From: Desulfobulbales bacterium
GTDB taxonomy: Bacteria; Desulfobacterota; Desulfobulbia; Desulfobulbales; BM004
Reading direction: 5' to 3'
Length of the DNA: 64,000 bases
NCBI GenBank assembly: GCA_041599275.1
Contig: JBFHWX010000001.1
Span: 1,337-65,336 of the forward strand
Each line of letters starts with the position of its first letter. The stretch's first letter is position 1. Below, piece by piece: positions 18,423 through 27,271 of the stretch. A program made the translations under genes and the position numbers. Under the pieces are notes generated by a model. It was not told where the DNA came from. It saw nothing but the letters and a program-made list of their open reading frames with translations, and ran no database searches.

Positions 18423-20645
18423 TCAAAAGGCATAGCGCAGGCCGCAGAGGACCGTGCGCGGGTTCTGGGGTGACTCGGCAAAGGTGATGCTGACTCCGGT
18501 GCCGGCGTTGGCGTAGCGCTGGTCGAAGAGGTTGTCGACCCGCAGGGAAAAAGAGAGGCCGGGGATGATGTCCTCGACCCCGGCCCGCAGACCCACGAGC
18601 CAGTAAGAGCCGGCCGAGGTGGTGGAGGCGCCGCCGCCCACCAGGGCATCGACGTCGGTGGAGGAATCGTCGATCCAGTAAACCAGCGGCGTCAGGTAGT
18701 ACCTGCCCCGGTAGCGGTAGGTGAGCCCGAGCTTCAGCTTGTGTGGAGAAACGAACGGCAGGTCCACCTTTTTCCGGCGCACCGAATCCTCCAGGCTGCC
18801 GTCTATGTAGGAATAGTTGCCCCACGTCTTGAGAGTCGAGGAGCCGAAGGCGGCCAGGCAGGAGAGCTCGAGGTCGCCGCCAAAAAGTTCCAGATCGCCG
18901 AGGTTGTCGTTGTGGGAGGTGGAGGCGATGACGCCGCCGTCGATGAAGTCGGCCACCGGTTCCGGTGTGCCGGTGTTCATGATCAGGTTGTCCACCCGGG
19001 AATGATACAGGGAGAGCGCGGCGGAGAAACGGGGGCTCGGCAGCCAGGAGAAGGTGGCCTCGGTGGTGCGGATCTTCTCGGGCTCCAGATCGGGATTGGG
19101 AATGAACATGAAGCCGCTGGTGTAGCGCCCCTCGCTGTCCGTGTCGCCGGAGAAGGCGCCGAAGTGCTCGTAGGTGAACTCGGGGGCCGGGGCCAGAAAG
19201 GCCTCGCCGTATAAAAGCTTGGCGGTCAGCTGGCCGGTTGGCTTGTAGATCAAGCCGAGTCGCGGGTTGAAGGTGCTGCCGTAACGGCTGGAGCCGTCGT
19301 AACGCGCCCCGGCCACGGTATCGAACTGCGGGTGCCAGGAGCGGCGGTACTGGAAATAGCCGCCGAAATTGTCGTAGCTTGTCTCGAAGATCCTGGCCCG
19401 CAGGGTGTCGTCACTGCCCACGTAGTAGAGGGGCTGCTCGCCGGCGCCCCGGTCCGGGTCGTAGGGTACGATGAGGTCGGTGGTCTTGGGGATGGCGGTA
19501 AAATGCTCGGCCACCGCGCCCAGCACCAGGTGGTTGCGCTCGTCGGGAGTCCAGGTCACCTGCAGGTCGAATTGGCTGCGATCGGCCTCGGCATACTTGT
19601 AACCGTCTTCGAAATTACTGAAGATGTTGTTGAATTTAGAATCAGGGTCGACCTGATAGAAAGAGTAGAGCCCCAGGACGTGGAGGCCGAAGGTCGGGGT
19701 GAGCTCGTCGTCGTAATTGGCGTGCAGAGTGCTCACCGTGCTGGTCCAGGTGCCGCGCTTGCCGTAATCGATATAATCCGGCAGCATGCCGGTGGTGGTG
19801 GGTGAGGAGAACTCGGACTGGTGAAAGCCGGCCCGCACCGTTTCACCCAGTTGCAGGCCGAGGTCCAGGGTGTGGCTGTCGGTGGCGCCGTAGTAGCCGG
19901 CCCGCTCCGCCGCCGGCACCGCCACCTGGCCGCCGAAGGTAACGAGATCGTTGAGGGCGAAGGTATCCCGGTAGGACCCGGAGAGATCCGGGTTGTCGGC
20001 GTGGTGGAGGTGGCCCGCCAGGCTCAGGCGCAGACCCTCGGCCAGCCGGTAGTTGCCCTGCCCGTAGAGATAGCGGTAGCCGTCCTCGCCCAGAAAGCTG
20101 CCCACCGCGGCCTCGTTCTCCCGGCCGCCCTCGGTGACGATGTTGATGATGCCGGTGAAGGCGTCAGCTCCGTAGAGGGCCGACACCGGCCCGTAGACCA
20201 CCTCAACCCGCAGGGCGTTGTAGAGCGGAAAATTGTCGGCCACGGCGATCGGGTCACCGGCAGGCGAACCGATGGGCACGCCGTTCTGCTGGATGATGAA
20301 CCGGCTGTTGCCTTCCACCCCCCGGATGGCGATGCGGTTGGAGGTGGTCTCGTGGGAATAACTGTGGGTATCGACCCCGGGCAGGTCGCGCAGCAGGTCG
20401 AAGAGGTTCAGGTAGCCCCGCTCCACCATCTGCTGCCGGGTGATCACCGTCACCTTGGCCGGCGCGTCGACCAGCGGCTCCGGTTTCCTGGAGGCGGTGG
20501 TAACGGTGAGAAAGGCAAGCTCCTCGAGATCGAGTTCGAAAAGATCCGGCATGCCACCGGCGCTTTGGGCCTTGGCCGGAGGCGGCAGCAAGGCAGGCAG
20601 GGCAAGAACCAGCAGAACGCGAAATGCTTTCCCGAGACTTTCCAT
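18423..20645 (-). CDS. TonB-dependent outer-membrane receptor
   Basis: Signal peptide, plug domain (VTVITRQQM..RVEVVYGPVSALYGADAFTGIINIVT), a long barrel, and C-terminal ..GLRYAF. Confidence 0.9.
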   Translation of the reverse strand: MESLGKAFRVLLVLALPALLPPPAKAQSAGGMPDLFELDLEELAFLTVTTASRKPEPLVDAPAKVTVITRQQMVERGYLNLFDLLRDLPGVDTHSYSHETTSNRIAIRGVEGNSRFIIQQNGVPIGSPAGDPIAVADNFPLYNALRVEVVYGPVSALYGADAFTGIINIVTEGGRENEAAVGSFLGEDGYRYLYGQGNYRLAEGLRLSLAGHLHHADNPDLSGSYRDTFALNDLVTFGGQVAVPAAERAGYYGATDSHTLDLGLQLGETVRAGFHQSEFSSPTTTGMLPDYIDYGKRGTWTSTVSTLHANYDDELTPTFGLHVLGLYSFYQVDPDSKFNNIFSNFEDGYKYAEADRSQFDLQVTWTPDERNHLVLGAVAEHFTAIPKTTDLIVPYDPDRGAGEQPLYYVGSDDTLRARIFETSYDNFGGYFQYRRSWHPQFDTVAGARYDGSSRYGSTFNPRLGLIYKPTGQLTAKLLYGEAFLAPAPEFTYEHFGAFSGDTDSEGRYTSGFMFIPNPDLEPEKIRTTEATFSWLPSPRFSAALSLYHSRVDNLIMNTGTPEPVADFIDGGVIASTSHNDNLGDLELFGGDLELSCLAAFGSSTLKTWGNYSYIDGSLEDSVRRKKVDLPFVSPHKLKLGLTYRYRGRYYLTPLVYWIDDSSTDVDALVGGGASTTSAGSYWLVGLRAGVEDIIPGLSFSLRVDNLFDQRYANAGTGVSITFAESPQNPRTVLCGLRYAF

Positions 20646-20880
20646 GGCAATGCTCTCCCTCCGATCAGGCCGCTACGCACCCATACCTGCGAACGGACAA
20701 CGGCCGCGCCATGAACGGCGACCCGGCCTCTCCTTCATTTTCCTACTACCGACAGACAGCGAAGTAAAGAAGAAGGGCTCATCCCAGAGGTGCCTGCCCA
20801 GCCCCATGCGCAGTCGCCTCTTGCCTGCGCCTCGCCCACGGCTCTGGCGGACGGAACATCCGGAAAGCCAAACAATCGTT

Positions 20881-21990
20881 TCAGCCGTTCTGTCTCTTCC
20901 GCCCCTCTTCTTCTCTCCCGAGGACCCTCACGAAAGCGTCAACCATGTCCCGGTCGAACTGCTCACCGGTGAATTGCCGCAGTTCCGCGATCGCCTGCTC
21001 TCTGCCCTGGGCCTGCCGGTAAGGGCGGTCGGCGGTGATCGAGTCGAAGGAGTCGGCAACATGGATGATCTGGGCATAAAGACCGATCTCATGACCCTTG
21101 ATACCGGCGGGGTAACCTGAACCGTCCGGTTTTTCGTGGTGGTTGCGGATGGCCGGCAGGATATCATGCAACAGACTTATATCCCTAAGGATATCAGCGC
21201 CCTGCGCGGCGTGTCTTTGCATGATTGCATGCTCTTCCCGGGTCAGTTCCGTCGGCTTGTCGAGGATCGAGTCCCTGAGGCCGATCTTGCCTATGTCGTG
21301 GAGGAGGGCCGCCATTTTCAGTTCACCGACCTGGTCGTCGCCAAGCCCCATCTCCCGGGCGATGCGCTCGGCGTAGGACGCCACCCGCTTCGAATGCCCC
21401 GTGGTCCAGCGGCTCTTGGCCTCGAGCGCATTGACCATGGCCCGCACGAAGGACTCGAAAAGTTCCTTGAGGTCGGCCTCGGACTTTCTGAGCGCCAGGT
21501 TGGCCGCTTCCAGGTCCTCCACCTTCTTTTCGAGCTGGCGGATGAGCCGGGCCGAGTAGCCTTTCAAAAAGCTGTCCTCCCCCTGCTGCGCCGCTACGGG
21601 TTCAGGAGTTAACAGCCCCTGGTCGAACTCCTCTATGATGCCTTTGATGGTGCGTAGAAACTCATCGGGGGCCATGGGCTTGACAATGAAGCGCACCGCC
21701 CCCATGCCGAGGCCGAACTGCCGGTCCTGGGGCTCGGTATAGGAAGCGGAATAGAAGACAAAAGGGATGGAGGCGAGCCGCTCGTCCTCCCGGCACAGCC
21801 TGCAGAGCTGGTAGCCGTCCATCACCGGCATCAGGATGTCGGAAATGATCATGTCCGGGGGGGTCTGGCGGGCGATTTCCAAAGCCTGGGCGCCATCGGC
21901 CGCGGCCAGCACCTCGTAACCTTCCGACCTGAGAGTGGTCTGCAGAATGAGCCGGGAATCGACGCTGTCGTCGACGATGAGGATTTTCAC
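20881..21990 (-). CDS. Response regulator with HD-GYP domain (putative c-di-GMP phosphodiesterase)
   Basis: Receiver (ILIVDDS..ISDILMPVMDG..KP), then HDIGK and HHEKPDGSGYP motifs. GTG start with an AAGGGGGA RBS. Confidence 0.9.
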   Translation of the reverse strand: MKILIVDDSVDSRLILQTTLRSEGYEVLAAADGAQALEIARQTPPDMIISDILMPVMDGYQLCRLCREDERLASIPFVFYSASYTEPQDRQFGLGMGAVRFIVKPMAPDEFLRTIKGIIEEFDQGLLTPEPVAAQQGEDSFLKGYSARLIRQLEKKVEDLEAANLALRKSEADLKELFESFVRAMVNALEAKSRWTTGHSKRVASYAERIAREMGLGDDQVGELKMAALLHDIGKIGLRDSILDKPTELTREEHAIMQRHAAQGADILRDISLLHDILPAIRNHHEKPDGSGYPAGIKGHEIGLYAQIIHVADSFDSITADRPYRQAQGREQAIAELRQFTGEQFDRDMVDAFVRVLGREEEGRKRQNG

Positions 21991-22002
21991 ATTGTCCCCC
22001 TT

Positions 22003-23061
22003 TCAGGCCCTTCCCGCCTCGAGCGTCTTCACCCGATCCCGCAGTTCCTTGATCCGGAATTCACGGTCGACGAAGAGCCGGTTCAAGCGCTCGAGATCGG
22101 CGTTGCGTTTCTCGATCTCGGAAACCCGCCTCTGCACCTCGTCTTCGAGGGAAAGCGTGTGGCGGCGCAGTTCCTCGATGAGCAGGGCGTTGCGGGTCAC
22201 CACCGACAGGGTGCCGGCAAGGATTTCCAGAAACTCCCGCTCGTCTTCGAACCCACGTTCCTGCCGGGAGGCGATGCCCAGCACCCCGAGACTTCTGCCC
22301 TCCTGGAGAAGCGGCAACGCGGCAAAGGAGCGCATGCCGGCCTCCTTGCACTCATTGAGGGTGCAGCGACCATCCCGGTGGATGTCCCTGGAATAGACCG
22401 CCTTTCCCTTGGCGGCCGCAAGCCCGCAGAGACACTGGCCGACCCGTTTCTTCTCGTTGAGGTGGTCGTCGCCGGCCTCGACGCTCCTGGCGCCCTGCAG
22501 AATGAGCCAGCCCTCCTTTTCGAGATAGAAAAGGGCGAGATCCGGCCCCACCGCCTGCCGGATGCCGTCAAGGGCGATGTCCACCACGTCTTCCAGAGAA
22601 CGGCCCTCCATGGCCCGGCGACTCAGTTGATTGAGATTTTCGAGTTGCCTGTTGCGCAGATCGAGTGTTTCTTTCGCTCTTTTCAGATCGGAAATATCCT
22701 TGGCGATGTGCACCGAACCGATGAGCGTGCCGTTGTCGTCGAAAATCGGCGAGGCGGTCACCAGCAGCGGCACCCCGATATGGGGATCGCCCACCTCCCG
22801 GGTGACGGGCAGGCCGGAAGCCAGCATCTCGGCGTGGGGGCAACTGGGCCAATGGGCCGAACGACCATGCATCACCTCGTGGCAGCGGGTGCCGCGAAGC
22901 TCGCCGCTGCTTTTTTTCAGGAACTCGGCCATGGCCCGGTTGACCTGCACGAAACGGAATTCGCGGTCGAGCACGGCCACGAAATCGGTCATGGCGTCGA
23001 AGGTCCTCTGCCATTCGAGGGCCTCGGCCGCAGTTTGTTCCCTGTCGGTTTTCATCTCCAC
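22003..23061 (-). CDS. PAS-GAF sensor protein ending in a coiled coil (no output domain)
   Basis: PAS with a Cys/His-rich insert, a GAF domain, and C-terminal ..LERLNRLFVDREFRIKELRDRV, homologous to the tail of the 15664-17835 product. Confidence 0.8.
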   Translation of the reverse strand: MEMKTDREQTAAEALEWQRTFDAMTDFVAVLDREFRFVQVNRAMAEFLKKSSGELRGTRCHEVMHGRSAHWPSCPHAEMLASGLPVTREVGDPHIGVPLLVTASPIFDDNGTLIGSVHIAKDISDLKRAKETLDLRNRQLENLNQLSRRAMEGRSLEDVVDIALDGIRQAVGPDLALFYLEKEGWLILQGARSVEAGDDHLNEKKRVGQCLCGLAAAKGKAVYSRDIHRDGRCTLNECKEAGMRSFAALPLLQEGRSLGVLGIASRQERGFEDEREFLEILAGTLSVVTRNALLIEELRRHTLSLEDEVQRRVSEIEKRNADLERLNRLFVDREFRIKELRDRVKTLEAGRA

Positions 23062-23200
23062 CCACGTCCTCCCATGAACTTTATTCGGTTCTGCCAGGAT
23101 TACCGGTCGCCTCCCATACTACACCATTGCACTGCCAGAAGGCAGGCTGAAACTGCCATGCAGCGTCAAATTCCTGCAAAAACCTCACGCACCTAAGCAG

Positions 23201-23230
23201 TTGACACCTAACACCTCAGTTCGCTATATA
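23201..23230 (+). promoter_or_regulatory. sigma70-like promoter of the GRE operon
   Basis: TTGACA - 18 nt - TATATA. About 125 nt upstream of the ATG at 23355, which has a GGAGA RBS. Confidence 0.45.
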
Positions 23231-23354
23231 TAAGTATACGAGAACACTCGTGAGGCCGGCTCCGCACCCACCGGCTCACCGCCTCCGCGCTCCCTGCAAA
23301 ACACCGCAGCACAGGCCCGCAAACACCTTCACAACCCAGACGGAGACCTTGACC

Positions 23355-26318
23355 ATGGCACCTGTAACCCTGGCGGATATCTCCCTGGCTCGCCACACTC
23401 TCAGCACCCTGCCCCGCCTCGCCGGGTTGCGCAGGGCCTGCCTCAGCGCCCGGTCCGAGGTCTGTATCGAACGGGCCCGCCACGTGACCGCCTTTCTGCG
23501 CGACCTGGCCGATCCGGCCGAGTCCATGGAGATCCGTTACGCCCGGGCGGTCAGCCATTTCCTGCGCAACAAGAAGCCCCGGTTCTTCGACGCCAACCTG
23601 CTGGCCGGCACCACCACCGGAAAACCCTTCGGCGCTCCGGTCTATCCGGAGCTCACCGGGCTCACCATCTGGCCCGAGCTCGACGTCATGGGCAGCCGGG
23701 AAAAGAACCCCCAGGCCCTCACCCAGGCCGAGGCCGACGAGCTGAACGAAGAGATCTTTCCCTACTGGCTCGACCGCACCATCCTCGAGCACACCCGGCA
23801 CCGGGAGGGCAACCCGCCGGCCATGCGGCTCTTCGAGCGCATCGTGTTCTTCCTGGCCAGCAAGGCGGGCACCATTTCCCATACCGTGCCCCATTACCGG
23901 GCCGCCCTCGAAGAAGGCCTGGAGTCCTTGATCGACAAAGCCGCCGCCGAAGAACAGCGGCTCCAAGCCTCGGCCGGGGCCGATCCGGAGAAAGCCGAAA
24001 AAATAGACTTCTACCGGGCCGTGCAGATCGCCCTTGCCGGCATCATCGCCTACGCTGAAAATCTCAGCCGGGAAGCAAGCCGCCTGGCCGCCCTCGAACC
24101 GTACCCGGACCAACGGGAAAATTTACAAAAAATTGCCGAGGTCTGCGCCCAAGTGCCGGCCAAACCGGCCCGAACCTTCCGGGAGGCAATTAACGGCCTG
24201 TGGATCATGCAGGTGGCGATCCATGCCGAGAGCATCAACATGGCCATGAGCCCGGGCCGCCTCGACCAGGTGCTCTGGCCCTGGTACCAGCGCGACCTGG
24301 CGGCCGGCCGGCTCACCACGGAAGAGGCCCTGGAGCTCATCGGCTGCCTGTGGCTCAAACTGAACGACAACACCAACCTGGTGCCGGAGACCGCCGAGGA
24401 GCTGTTCGGCGGCGCCGGCACCGTGCCCGCCGTCACCCTGGGCGGGGTGGACCAAGACGGCCGGGACGCGGTGAACGACCTCACCTATCTCATGCTGCGG
24501 GTTACCGAGCTTTTGAAGACCCGCGACCCCTCAGTCAACGCGCGCTACGACTTCGAAGCAAACAGCCGGACCTATCTCGAACGGGTGGCCTCGGTGATCG
24601 CCTCAACCAAAGCGGTGCCTGCTCTCTACAACGACCGGGCCGCCATCGCCACCCTGGTTCGGCAGGGAATTCCCCTGGAGCATGCAAGAGATTACGCTAT
24701 CATAGGCTGCGTCGAGCTCGCCGTTGCCGGCCGCTCCTACGACGCTTCGAGCTCCATCATGCTCAACCTGGCCTCAGCCCTGGAGCTTGCCCTCTACGCT
24801 GGCCGTCGGCCGGTCACCGGCGACGAGCGGATCGGCCCCGACACCGGCGAGCCCGGAACTTTTTCCGACTTCGAGGAGTTCTGGCAGGTCTTCCGCAAAC
24901 AGCTCGCCTGGCTCATCGGCCAGGCCGTCGAGCTCAATGAACAGCTCGGCCGCAGCCACCAGGAACTGCTGCCCACGCCGCTGCTTTCCGCGCTCTTCGA
25001 AGGGCCGTTCGGCAAAGGCCGCGACCTCATCCGGGGCGGCGCCCTCTACAACTCGTCGGGCGCCACCCATATAGGGTTTGCCGACACCGTCGACTCGCTC
25101 TCGGCCATCGAGCAGGCAGTGTTCGTCGACCGCCGTTTCTCCTTCGAGCGGCTGCTCAAGGGATTGCGGGACAACTTCGCCAACGACGCCGAGCTGCACG
25201 CCTACCTGGTCAACAAAACCCCGAAGTACGGCACCGAAAACCCGGCGGCCCAGAAAAATGCCGAGCGGTTGCTCGGTTTTCTGTTCGAAACCTACCAGGG
25301 CTACACCAACTACCGGGGCGGGCGCTACCGGCCGGCCTACTGGACCATGACCAACCACGCCGGCCAGGGCAAGCTCTGCGGCGCGCTGCCCAACGGCCGC
25401 AAGGCGAACCAGGTCTTCGCCTCGGGCATCACCCCGGTCTCCCAGGCGGCGACGGGTCTCGCCGGCTGTCTGAACGCGGTGGCGGCCATCGATCCGGAGC
25501 TGATCCCGGGCGGTGAGGCCTTCAACCTGAAATACCCGGAGGTGGAGTCGGCAGACGATCTGAAGCGCTTCGCCGACGCGGTGGAAGTCTATTTCCGGCG
25601 GGGCGGCCTGCACATCCAGTTCAACATCATGGATTACCAGATGCTGCTCGCCGCCAAAGCCCGCCCCGACGATTACCCCGAGCTTCTGGTGCGGGTCTCG
25701 GGCTATTCCGCCTATTTCAAGGACCTCAACGAGGCCATGAAGGACGAGATCATCACCCGCACCGCCTATGATCTGAGAACCGGCCGGGCCGCCGAGTTTC
25801 CGGCCGGGCACAGAAATCTGCTGCCCGCCCAGGGCGCGCCCCCCCCAACGCGGCCCGCAACGCCGCTCGCCGCCGCCCGCAGCGCCATTACCCGCAACCC
25901 GGTGCTCGGTCTGCTCATGGGGCGCTTCCTGACCTGCATGGAATCCCGGGCCGCGGACGATTTCCTCGAGATCCTCCTCGAGCTCATGGGGCTTGCCTTC
26001 CTGGTCCTGCCCCACTACCGGAAAAACATCGAGAATTTCGACGGCCGCTACCAGTTCCTGAGCCGCGACGGCCATGTCCGCACCGGCGCGCGGTTCCGCG
26101 ACAGCCGCCTGGAGCGCCGGGAAACGGTGAGCGATCCCCACATCACCATTCTCTTCAAAAACGGCCGGGCCCTGATGGATTTTCTGCTGACCCCGAAGCC
26201 CGACATCCTCGGCGCCATGCTGCGCCAGGAGGTGACCCTCGACGGCAACCTGAACTATCTCTACAAGTTCGCCTACATGGCAAGGAGGCTGCAACTCCTG
26301 GCCATGGGCCGGGTATGA
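23355..26318 (+). CDS. Glycyl radical enzyme (PFL2/dehydratase-like family) with extra C-terminal SCP2-like domain
   Basis: 987 aa. Thiyl-loop motif IIGCVELAV and glycyl-radical motif RVSGYSAYF. About 180 aa follow the normal GRE C-terminus. Confidence 0.9.
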   Translation: MAPVTLADISLARHTLSTLPRLAGLRRACLSARSEVCIERARHVTAFLRDLADPAESMEIRYARAVSHFLRNKKPRFFDANLLAGTTTGKPFGAPVYPELTGLTIWPELDVMGSREKNPQALTQAEADELNEEIFPYWLDRTILEHTRHREGNPPAMRLFERIVFFLASKAGTISHTVPHYRAALEEGLESLIDKAAAEEQRLQASAGADPEKAEKIDFYRAVQIALAGIIAYAENLSREASRLAALEPYPDQRENLQKIAEVCAQVPAKPARTFREAINGLWIMQVAIHAESINMAMSPGRLDQVLWPWYQRDLAAGRLTTEEALELIGCLWLKLNDNTNLVPETAEELFGGAGTVPAVTLGGVDQDGRDAVNDLTYLMLRVTELLKTRDPSVNARYDFEANSRTYLERVASVIASTKAVPALYNDRAAIATLVRQGIPLEHARDYAIIGCVELAVAGRSYDASSSIMLNLASALELALYAGRRPVTGDERIGPDTGEPGTFSDFEEFWQVFRKQLAWLIGQAVELNEQLGRSHQELLPTPLLSALFEGPFGKGRDLIRGGALYNSSGATHIGFADTVDSLSAIEQAVFVDRRFSFERLLKGLRDNFANDAELHAYLVNKTPKYGTENPAAQKNAERLLGFLFETYQGYTNYRGGRYRPAYWTMTNHAGQGKLCGALPNGRKANQVFASGITPVSQAATGLAGCLNAVAAIDPELIPGGEAFNLKYPEVESADDLKRFADAVEVYFRRGGLHIQFNIMDYQMLLAAKARPDDYPELLVRVSGYSAYFKDLNEAMKDEIITRTAYDLRTGRAAEFPAGHRNLLPAQGAPPPTRPATPLAAARSAITRNPVLGLLMGRFLTCMESRAADDFLEILLELMGLAFLVLPHYRKNIENFDGRYQFLSRDGHVRTGARFRDSRLERRETVSDPHITILFKNGRALMDFLLTPKPDILGAMLRQEVTLDGNLNYLYKFAYMARRLQLLAMGRV

Positions 26319-27241
26319 AGGAGGCGGACCCGCACCTGCCCATTGTCTGCGGCCTGTACCGCTTTTCCCTGGACAACGGCCCCGGCATCCGCACCACGGT
26401 TTTCCTGAAGGGCTGCCCCCTGGCCTGCCGCTGGTGCCACAACCCGGAGGCCATGAGCCCGGAGCCGGAAATATTTTTTCGGAAAACTCGCTGCCTCGGC
26501 TGCGGTGGTTGTGTGAAAATCTGCCCCCGCCAGGCGATAGAAATGAGACGCAACACGGTGTTCCTCCACCGCCAGCGCTGCGACGGATGTGGCCGCTGCG
26601 CCAGGGTTTGCCCCTCGCTCGCCCTGCAGGCGGTGGGGAGCCAGGAGCCGGCGGCCGAGCTGGTCGAGCTGCTGCTCAGGGACCTGACCTTTTTCGAAGT
26701 GTCCGGCGGCGGCGTCACCTTTTCCGGCGGCGAGGCCACCATGCACGGCGAGTATCTGGCGGAGGTGCTGGGGCTGCTGAAAAGCCAGGGTATCCACACC
26801 GCCCTGCAGACCAGCGGTTTTTTCGAACCGGTTTTTTTCGAGGCCGAGCTCCTGCCGCGGCTCGATCTCGTCTTCTTCGATCTCAAGCTTTTTTCGGCCA
26901 CCGAGCACCGCCGCTGGACCGGCCGTTCCAACGACCGAATTCTCGCGAACTTCGAACGCCTGGCCCGTCTCGCCCCGGAGCGGTTGCGCCCCAGGATACC
27001 CCTGGTTCCCGGGGCGACGGCTTGCAAAGAAAACCTGGCCGCCCTGGCAACTTTTCTCCGCCGCTGTGGCTTCACCGTCGCCACCCTTCTGCCCTGGTTC
27101 CCTGGCGGCCGGGAGAAACGCAGGGCTCTGGGCAGGCCAGCGGCCCGCGGTCTGTCCCACGAGCCCATGCAGCGCGCCGAAGAGGATGAGCTCCGGACCT
27201 TTTTCAACCGCTGCCTCACGAAAAAATCCACCGACCCGTAA
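26315..27241 (+). CDS. Glycyl-radical-enzyme activating enzyme (radical SAM)
   Basis: ATGA overlap with the GRE gene. GCPLACRWCHNPE (CX3CX2C) plus CLGCGGCVKICP and CDGCGRCARVCP ferredoxin-like clusters. Confidence 0.9.
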   Translation: MKEADPHLPIVCGLYRFSLDNGPGIRTTVFLKGCPLACRWCHNPEAMSPEPEIFFRKTRCLGCGGCVKICPRQAIEMRRNTVFLHRQRCDGCGRCARVCPSLALQAVGSQEPAAELVELLLRDLTFFEVSGGGVTFSGGEATMHGEYLAEVLGLLKSQGIHTALQTSGFFEPVFFEAELLPRLDLVFFDLKLFSATEHRRWTGRSNDRILANFERLARLAPERLRPRIPLVPGATACKENLAALATFLRRCGFTVATLLPWFPGGREKRRALGRPAARGLSHEPMQRAEEDELRTFFNRCLTKKSTDP

Positions 27242-27271
27242 AAATCGCAAACCTTTTCAAGGAGGGGAAAT

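Noticed and set aside
13300-18435. Long plus-strand ORFs 13300..14835 and 16876..18435
   Set aside because: They are antisense to the PAS kinase and the CHASE8 sensor/YfiR-like genes, and their translations have no domain signatures.
20646-20880. Cobalamin riboswitch upstream of the TonB-dependent receptor
   Set aside because: I read the minus-strand leader in full. It has no B12 box (GCCACUG) and no AGGGAA/GGUG core elements.
24774-26294. 506-aa minus-strand ORF (also 23208..24113 and 26155..27250 on the minus strand)
   Set aside because: They are antisense to the GRE and activase genes, which have diagnostic catalytic motifs. The antisense translations are Gly/Arg/Ala-rich with no recognisable domains.
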